Below the pieces are notes generated by a model. That model did no database searches. It saw nothing but the letters and a program-made list of their open reading frames with translations, and was not told the DNA's origin. Positions 35,150 to 41,024 of a stretch of 41,024 bases of DNA are shown in pieces; the stretch's first letter is position 1, and each line of letters begins with the position of its first letter. The translations under genes were made by a program, and so were the position numbers. The DNA comes from a virus (Duplodnaviria > Caudoviricetes), in the IMG/VR virus record IMGVR_UViG_3300033402_000780, positions 1 through 41,024 of that record. One strand, given 5' to 3'.

Positions 35150-35519
35150 TGCTGTCCTCTTTCGGCGCGTTCACTTCGTCTTGTATGAATGAAGACAGCG
35201 GCAAGCCTTCCGCCTCGGCCATATCCACGTAGCTCTGTTTGACTTCGCCCGGCTCCCATCCTTCATCAGTGAGAATCATGTGTTCGCCGGTCCACTCGTA
35301 GTAATCGCGCCACAGTTTCACACCGGGTCCGATCATCGATCCTCGCAACGGCACTTCGCCGTACACCTCAACAAACCTGTCAAGCAAGCTGGACGGCGTT
35401 GTCTTCGGCTTCAACACCTCGCCTTCCATGCGCCTGATTCCACCGGCCCAGCCGGCGCTGTATGCGGCGTGAACCAAATTCGCTGCGCGTTTTGCTAGTT
35501 CTTCTCTCGTGACCTTCAT
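35142..35519 (-). CDS. Hypothetical phage protein
   Basis: GGGAG SD; tightly coupled to its neighbours. Confidence 0.65.
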   Translation of the reverse strand: MKVTREELAKRAANLVHAAYSAGWAGGIRRMEGEVLKPKTTPSSLLDRFVEVYGEVPLRGSMIGPGVKLWRDYYEWTGEHMILTDEGWEPGEVKQSYVDMAEAEGLPLSSFIQDEVNAPKEDSNG

Positions 35520-35528
35520 CGTTCTCCC

Positions 35529-36104
35529 TTACGCGAACAGCGCCAGTTGATCCAGCGCCGGCACAACCCGAGGAGCATCGAACAGCGGCTCCACGTCGTC
35601 TTGAGGCTCACGCGTGCTCAGCTCATCCAAGCGCGCCCAGGCTTCGTCATTGTCACTGTCCACAGCCTTGTCAATTACTTCCAGCAAGGCCGCTCTCTCC
35701 ACATCCGGATCGAGCCCCAACATCTGGCAGCACTCCGGAAAGCTCAAGAACTCATGCGATGCTCCGAACGCATACACCCACGTAGGCGCGGCCTCAGACC
35801 GTGCAATCCAATCGCGCGCAAGCAACGCCTCATCCGTGGGCCGGCCGGGATACTTCAGCGCCGATGCCGGCAACGGTTCGTCGTCGGAAACAACCATGGG
35901 CACGGCCATCCCGCTCAACAGCGGCGGCGGCGCACACGGCGCGGCTTCCGTCCTCTGCCCAGGCGCACTGGCCGGGTAGATCGTGCGCGCATCCAAGAAC
36001 GCGACCTCGATCATGCGATAGAAAAACCAGAGCGCCGGAGTGTACTGAAACCCGCGCGTTGCCGCTTGCCATCTGCTCACATCTAACTGGGATTGCTCTG
36101 CCAT
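35529..36104 (-). CDS. Hypothetical phage protein
   Basis: TGATG coupling at 36104. Confidence 0.6.
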   Translation of the reverse strand: MAEQSQLDVSRWQAATRGFQYTPALWFFYRMIEVAFLDARTIYPASAPGQRTEAAPCAPPPLLSGMAVPMVVSDDEPLPASALKYPGRPTDEALLARDWIARSEAAPTWVYAFGASHEFLSFPECCQMLGLDPDVERAALLEVIDKAVDSDNDEAWARLDELSTREPQDDVEPLFDAPRVVPALDQLALFA

Positions 36105-36559
36105 CACACCCTCGATTTCGTGCCCTTGAAGCTGGGCCAACGCTCTAAAATTTCCGCTTCACTTTGGCCGGTGATTTCCATCCATCCGGGAACCATGCGC
36201 CAAAACTCCGCAATCTCCGCTTGCCTTTGGCCGGCCCGCTTGTTCTCTTCCCGCCGGCGTTCCCGCTTCCGTTCCAACGGCTCTACCAGATCGCCCAGGG
36301 CGGGGAAAGCTGTCTCACCCTCAGCGCGTTTGCGCATGGCCAACGTGCGCACAACATCCCGCACGTCGCCGGGATCGAAGTCACAGAGATGAGCGCTGTA
36401 CAGCTTCAACGTCTCCGCGCTCACGGATGCTTGCCGGGCCTCCGCCAACCCAGTCATGACCTTGACCAGCGATAGCCTCCGCTGCGGATCGAGCGGCTTC
36501 GAGATTGCCGTTGGTTCTTGCCTGGCCACGATTGCCGTAACTGCCGCCTCCACGTCCAT
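36104..36559 (-). CDS. Hypothetical protein at the helicase-loader position
   Basis: Follows and overlaps the initiator; LY...L...V.......FP...L pattern; start uncertain. Confidence 0.5.
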   Translation of the reverse strand: MDVEAAVTAIVARQEPTAISKPLDPQRRLSLVKVMTGLAEARQASVSAETLKLYSAHLCDFDPGDVRDVVRTLAMRKRAEGETAFPALGDLVEPLERKRERRREENKRAGQRQAEIAEFWRMVPGWMEITGQSEAEILERWPSFKGTKSRV

Positions 36560-37262
36560 TGCTGCCCCCGTCTGTCTTGATTGGGAATACTCCGCGCCAA
36601 CTGTTCGTGATGCTTTGGTTGAGCACGTCTTCCGCGTGTTGGCCCGTTGCTTCGATCCGGATGAGTTCGGCCACAAGGTTTATGCGGGCGCGGTCGGTGA
36701 GCGGTGCCTTGATCTTGCGGCGCATCTCCTCGAAGTCCTTCCAAACTTCACAGGAAATCCAATCCGGCAACACAAACAGCGGAGCCTTTGGCGGAGCGGC
36801 CTTTGCTTTTGCTTTTGTCTCTGGCTCTGGTACTGGTACAGGAACTGGTACTGGCTCCGGTAGGCGGGACACCGTACCCGATTCGGGCTTTTCGTCCGTA
36901 CTCTGTACACTCGGAGTACGTACAGGGTCCGTACAGAATCCAACGTGAGCACGGCCAAGAGCGTTCTTTGTAGCCTTGTCCGCGTGCTGTGCCCAGTCAT
37001 GCACAAGCAGCCGGTGAACCGGATCGGCATCGAGCCATCCCGCGCCGATCAACCCGGCAATCAGCGCGCCCGGCTCACCATCCCACTCGACCCACGCCTC
37101 GATGGCCTGATCGGTGTACTTGCCAATGTTCCCTTGCGGCGTGAACCGGCCGGTGAAATGCCAGATAGCCTCAAGGCATCCAAGCGCCACGTACTTGGGG
37201 CGTCCTAGCCTGGCTTTCAGGTCTGCGAATTTAGGGTGATCCGGTACGGCCCTGAGTGCCAT
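36381..37262 (-). CDS. Phage replication initiator (O-like)
   Basis: HPKF N-terminus, HDW, PEPVPVP linker, LPDWI...W..F...R...W.G.F C-terminal domain. Confidence 0.75.
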   Translation of the reverse strand: MALRAVPDHPKFADLKARLGRPKYVALGCLEAIWHFTGRFTPQGNIGKYTDQAIEAWVEWDGEPGALIAGLIGAGWLDADPVHRLLVHDWAQHADKATKNALGRAHVGFCTDPVRTPSVQSTDEKPESGTVSRLPEPVPVPVPVPEPETKAKAKAAPPKAPLFVLPDWISCEVWKDFEEMRRKIKAPLTDRARINLVAELIRIEATGQHAEDVLNQSITNSWRGVFPIKTDGGSNGRGGGSYGNRGQARTNGNLEAARSAAEAIAGQGHDWVGGGPASIRERGDVEAVQRSSL

Positions 37263-37909
37263 TAGGCTGCCTTTCTTTTCTGCCACGCAATAAGGCGCGT
37301 ACGATGCTCCGCCAGCCTCATCATGCGATCCACGCGCGTCTCGCTCTCCGGCTTTTCGCGCATCAAAACCTTGTGCATTTTCTCTATCCGCATCGCGTTC
37401 GTTGCGGTCACGTACTTGTGCCCGTAGAACTGGAGACGCTTGTCTGTATAGCCCATGTGCGTGGCCAACTGCGCCATCGTGTAGCCGTGTCCGATCAGCT
37501 CATCAATCAGCCGGGTAGAGGGCTTGCCACTTACCAGCGCGCCGCCGGATCGGGCATCCTCGGTAACGCGCATAATCTTCTCTTCCGTGCTCTGGCGAAT
37601 GCGCTGGCGCTTGCCGTTGCGTATCTCCATGAGCACAACGTCCGAGATGCCCGTGCAGTCCATCACCGCGCGCTTGCCCACGCCAGCCTCGCGTAACTCA
37701 ATCAAGTGTTCCCGTGCCATATCCGCGCTCACTGTCCAATCGCATTCGTTGCGTTTCACGCGGGCGCGGCGGTCGCGCTGTACGGCCGCGTATGCTCTCC
37801 GGCATCCCTCGCACCGGCAACCCGTCCGGTAACGCGTTGCCGTGCCGTGGGCCGCCGGTACAGTCACCGCACGGCCCTTGTAGTTACCTTTCGCCCAGGG
37901 CATCTTCAC
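37262..37909 (-). CDS. Zn-finger plus HTH protein
   Basis: HGT..RY..GCRC..CR.A motif and two HTH-like segments. Confidence 0.7.
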   Translation of the reverse strand: MKMPWAKGNYKGRAVTVPAAHGTATRYRTGCRCEGCRRAYAAVQRDRRARVKRNECDWTVSADMAREHLIELREAGVGKRAVMDCTGISDVVLMEIRNGKRQRIRQSTEEKIMRVTEDARSGGALVSGKPSTRLIDELIGHGYTMAQLATHMGYTDKRLQFYGHKYVTATNAMRIEKMHKVLMREKPESETRVDRMMRLAEHRTRLIAWQKRKAA

Positions 37910-39075
37910 ACCCTCATGGGCATCACAACGTAGCCCAGCGTTTCGCCTTCATGCGGGTCTGCTTTGATGAGCAGTGGCGATTGATTCGTGTCCGGGAGAG
38001 AGATGGTGATTTCGCCGTCGAGCCGCTTGACCAGATCGGTCAGATACGCGCCGTTGACGCCTATGTACAGCTTCTCGTTCGGCCGCCCTTTGCAGTCCAC
38101 CGTCTCCGTTGCTTCGCCGCTCTGCGAACTGGACGCCTCAATCGTGATCTGCTCATCAAACGTGAGCCTCACGCACCCGGAGCGTTCATCGCTGAGCAGC
38201 CCGCACCGCTCAAGGCTGGCCAGCATCTCTTTGGCGTTGACGGTGATTTCCGTGCGCTTGCCGCTGGGCATCACCGCTTCCCAATTGGGAAACTGTCCGG
38301 TAAGTTTGGTTGACGCCACATAGACCCGCATGTCCGCGTCAATGCTGGAGAGAATCATCCGGTCGCTAAAGCACAGATCGACTCCGCCGTCTTCATCGTT
38401 GAGCAGTGGCAACAGGGCCTTGATGAACCGGCTGGGCAGTAGCAGGGTGATTTTCTCAGTGCATGGCAGCGTGTAGGCCATCAGGCGGTGGCCGTCCGTG
38501 GCCACAAGCCGCAACCGCTCACCGTCGCCCTGGAGTAGCACGCCGTTGAGCGTGTAGCGCGATTCCTCCTGGCTCACAGCGATCATGACAAAGCGCAGTG
38601 CGCGTGCAAAGTCACCCTGGGTCAGCGTGATGCCTTCGGCCTTCATCCCGTACACTTCGTTGCTGGGCCAGCTTGCCGCCGACATCACGGGGAGCACCGC
38701 GCGGGAACGTCCGCATTGCATCGTGGCGCGGCGGTCTGTTGCGCTGATCTTCACATCCTCACCGGCCAGGAGCTTGGTCCATGCAGTGAACTTCTCCGCC
38801 GGAATCACAACCGGCTTTTCGGGTCCGCCCAACTCTTTCACAACCGCGCGCACATACACGTCAAGGTTGGTTGCTTCGAGCGCCAGGCCGTCTGTGATTT
38901 GCTCCATGCGGACGCATTGCAGAATCGGAATGGTAGCCGTGCGCTCAATGGCCATGCCCACAATCTTGAGAGCGTGTTTCAGGTTGCTCAGTGTGATGGC
39001 CGCTTTCATCGGCGCGGCTTCCGGCGTCTCCGCCGCTTTCTTCGCCGCTAACTCGGGGCTTACTGCTGTTGCCAT
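37906..39075 (-). CDS. dnaN: DNA polymerase III beta sliding clamp
   Basis: IPIL, ATNLD, SRYTLNGV, VATDGHRL, GQFPNWE.V.P, VVMPMR. Confidence 0.93.
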   Translation of the reverse strand: MATAVSPELAAKKAAETPEAAPMKAAITLSNLKHALKIVGMAIERTATIPILQCVRMEQITDGLALEATNLDVYVRAVVKELGGPEKPVVIPAEKFTAWTKLLAGEDVKISATDRRATMQCGRSRAVLPVMSAASWPSNEVYGMKAEGITLTQGDFARALRFVMIAVSQEESRYTLNGVLLQGDGERLRLVATDGHRLMAYTLPCTEKITLLLPSRFIKALLPLLNDEDGGVDLCFSDRMILSSIDADMRVYVASTKLTGQFPNWEAVMPSGKRTEITVNAKEMLASLERCGLLSDERSGCVRLTFDEQITIEASSSQSGEATETVDCKGRPNEKLYIGVNGAYLTDLVKRLDGEITISLPDTNQSPLLIKADPHEGETLGYVVMPMRV

Positions 39076-39115
39076 GGTGCTCCTTCGTGACTTACAGGGT
39101 TGAGGGTGAGTTGAG

Positions 39116-39571
39116 TTACTCGGGCAGGATGAGTAGTTCCGCCTCGATCAGCTTTGCGGTGAGGCGGTCCATGGCCGCCGCGAACTTGTAAGACATCGTG
39201 CGTGCGGCCATGCCAAGCAACACGGCCGCCTCGGTTTGCGTGTACTCCTGAATCACCACACGGTTGAGGATGTCCCTATCGAGTGAGGGCAAAGCCTTGA
39301 TGCACTTCTCCATGTCGTGAACGAAAATCGCGGCATCTTCAAAGCACATGATTGGCCGGCTTGAAACCCATCCACGGCCCACCGGGTCACGCAACGTGGA
39401 ACCTACGCGGCAAGGTTGCATTGAGGCGTATAGGTAGCGCCGCAACAGGCCGTGCGCATGGGCGCGGAGGAAATACAACTCAATCTCTTCCGGTTCTTGC
39501 ACGGGCTTGGCTTTCTTCCGTTCGGGCCGCGTGAGCGTTGGCTTGGGCGTATCGGTGAATGTGTGCTTCAC
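39116..39571 (-). CDS. Sigma70 region-4-like HTH protein (candidate late activator)
   Basis: IKALPSLDRDIL.......TQTEAAVLLGM...T; GTGA coupling. Confidence 0.7.
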   Translation of the reverse strand: MKHTFTDTPKPTLTRPERKKAKPVQEPEEIELYFLRAHAHGLLRRYLYASMQPCRVGSTLRDPVGRGWVSSRPIMCFEDAAIFVHDMEKCIKALPSLDRDILNRVVIQEYTQTEAAVLLGMAARTMSYKFAAAMDRLTAKLIEAELLILPE

Positions 39572-39786
39572 GCGTCCACCTCCATGCGGATCGTGATTCC
39601 TTCGAGAGCGATGTTGCGCTTGAGGTGTTTGGTAGCGGGGCGGCCACGGCGCTTGCGGCTCTCCGGCGTCGGGAAGTCTTTCAGCATTTCCGTGCAACGC
39701 GCGCAGTAAGGGTTTGTCTGAGTGCTAGGGCGCGTGAAGATAGAGCCGCAAGCCTCGCATGTTTTCAACTCAACGCAGGTGTCCAT
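39568..39786 (-). CDS. Small Zn-finger protein
   Basis: CEACG...YCARC. Confidence 0.7.
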   Translation of the reverse strand: MDTCVELKTCEACGSIFTRPSTQTNPYCARCTEMLKDFPTPESRKRRGRPATKHLKRNIALEGITIRMEVDA

Positions 39787-39799
39787 GTCGCCGCCTTTT

Positions 39800-40459
39800 C
39801 TAGCTGATCTGTTGAGCGATGCGCTCTACTTTGCACGCCATTGTGAGGTAGTGGAATCGGCGGATGAATTCCACCTGGGCGTGTTGCGGATCGAGCGGAT
39901 AGATCGTCTCCGGCAACTGTTCGCTACCGCATTGCCATTGCTCCAAATCGGCGGGTGGAACATCCATCAAGTCGCGCATTTCGGTGTTGAGCAAGATGCA
40001 ATCGGCGTGCTTCACCACAGCGGGCTCGTGGGGCGATAGGTCGAACCGCTCTTTGATAACTTCCATGAGGTTGCGCTCGAAGCCCTTGTAGAGCTGCCCC
40101 AGGCCAGGCGCGCGCTTGAGCGGGCTGGGTACATCGCAGAGATAAGCCTCTGAGGCATCGTGCAACAGACCCCAAAGAGCCATCTCGCGGGCCGCCTTCA
40201 CGCGGAGTGAGAGCGCGCCATGCTCTGCCATCGTCAACTGCTCTGCCAGCTTGCTCACGCGCAAGCTGTGATCGGCCACGCTGTAAAAGCAGTAAGTGTG
40301 GCCCGTGAACCGGCAGACAAGAGAGAGTGCGTGGGCAATGTCTTCAATGTCCACCTCTTCCGGCGTCGGATCGAGCGGCCAGAATTTCTTTCCGGTGAAA
40401 GTGCGGATGAATGTGTCTTGGGTGCGCATCACGCGCGTTGCTTCGGAGACCATCAGCAT
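39800..40459 (-). CDS. HD-domain 5'-deoxynucleotidase (YfbR/YfdR-like)
   Basis: IEDIAHALS..CRF.GH, YSVADHS, LLHDASEAY. Confidence 0.9.
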   Translation of the reverse strand: MLMVSEATRVMRTQDTFIRTFTGKKFWPLDPTPEEVDIEDIAHALSLVCRFTGHTYCFYSVADHSLRVSKLAEQLTMAEHGALSLRVKAAREMALWGLLHDASEAYLCDVPSPLKRAPGLGQLYKGFERNLMEVIKERFDLSPHEPAVVKHADCILLNTEMRDLMDVPPADLEQWQCGSEQLPETIYPLDPQHAQVEFIRRFHYLTMACKVERIAQQIS

Positions 40460-40809
40460 GAGACGGCCTCCATCTTGACGGCGCGGTACTGATAGAGGCC
40501 GCTGCCTGGCCGCGTGCGTTCGCGCTCAACCGTCCATCCGCGCCGGCGCATATCCCGCAAGCGCGCGCTGATAGACGCCTCCCCGTGCTTGCTGCCAGGG
40601 TGACGGCGGCGGAGTTCGGTGCAGATGTTGGGAAGGGTGCGCCAGAAGCCATCGGCCATGACGGCCTCAACCTGGGCTTGCTGTGAGATGAGGCGTTGCC
40701 CGTCCTGTGCCGGTGCGTCACAGAAGAGTTGCGGCGTCTCGTTGGGATTGAACAGGTTACCGTGCAGGGGATTCGCGCCAAGGGTTGAGCGGCTGTGTCC
40801 AAGTTTCAT
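40453..40809 (-). CDS. Winged-HTH protein
   Basis: WRTL..I...EASISARLRDMR...G..VER. Confidence 0.7.
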   Translation of the reverse strand: MKLGHSRSTLGANPLHGNLFNPNETPQLFCDAPAQDGQRLISQQAQVEAVMADGFWRTLPNICTELRRRHPGSKHGEASISARLRDMRRRGWTVERERTRPGSGLYQYRAVKMEAVSC

Positions 40810-41024
40810 CCCTGCACCGCCGGTTCTTGGCTTGCCGGAACGAGCTTGACTTCATCCGGCAACCCGCATTGGCGCATAAATTCATCGAGCGCCCACTGGG
40901 CCTTGGAGACGGCAGCGGAGATTTCATCAAGCTCCGCCTTGCGTTGCCGGTAGTGCGAAATGAGCACCCGGCGGGCAGCCTCGCCAATGTCAACCTTGAT
41001 GGTGATGCACGCTTGGCCGGCCAC
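40806..41024 (-). CDS. Hypothetical protein, 5' end possibly outside the window
   Basis: Open frame coupled (ATGA) to the wHTH gene. Confidence 0.5.
   Translation of the reverse strand: MAGQACITIKVDIGEAARRVLISHYRQRKAELDEISAAVSKAQWALDEFMRQCGLPDEVKLVPASQEPAVQG

Overview
Almost the whole window (~437 to beyond 41024) is a lambda-like siphoviral prophage. Its host may be an Acidobacteriota-type genome (inference from a Big_3-type Ig domain and the style of the exported proteins). The left end is an att site: the displaced 3' half of tRNA-Arg(UCU), next to a tyrosine recombinase and a small RHH gene. Reading the minus strand from right to left, the modules are: early/replication (wHTH, HD nucleotidase, sigma-region-4 protein, beta clamp, initiator, ASCH-like, DUF5131); an intact phage tRNA-Arg(UCU) with a second, P4-type integrase; packaging and head (cos, terS, terL, gpW, portal, protease-capsid fusion); tail; lysis; then a phosphoesterase and a DUF5664 gene. 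The most unusual signals are: (1) three copies of a 36-nt hairpin with compensatory base changes and a conserved loop, each just before a tail gene; (2) a fixed-spacing late-promoter motif in five clear and two weaker copies, several leaderless; (3) an 18-bp palindrome before two accessory genes 26 kb apart; (4) two integrases, each beside an outward-facing tRNA-Arg(UCU) sequence, with the att-proximal one lacking the box I Arg; (5) fibre-like proteins with Sec signal peptides inside the head operon. All family calls come from motif recognition by eye; no database searches were run.
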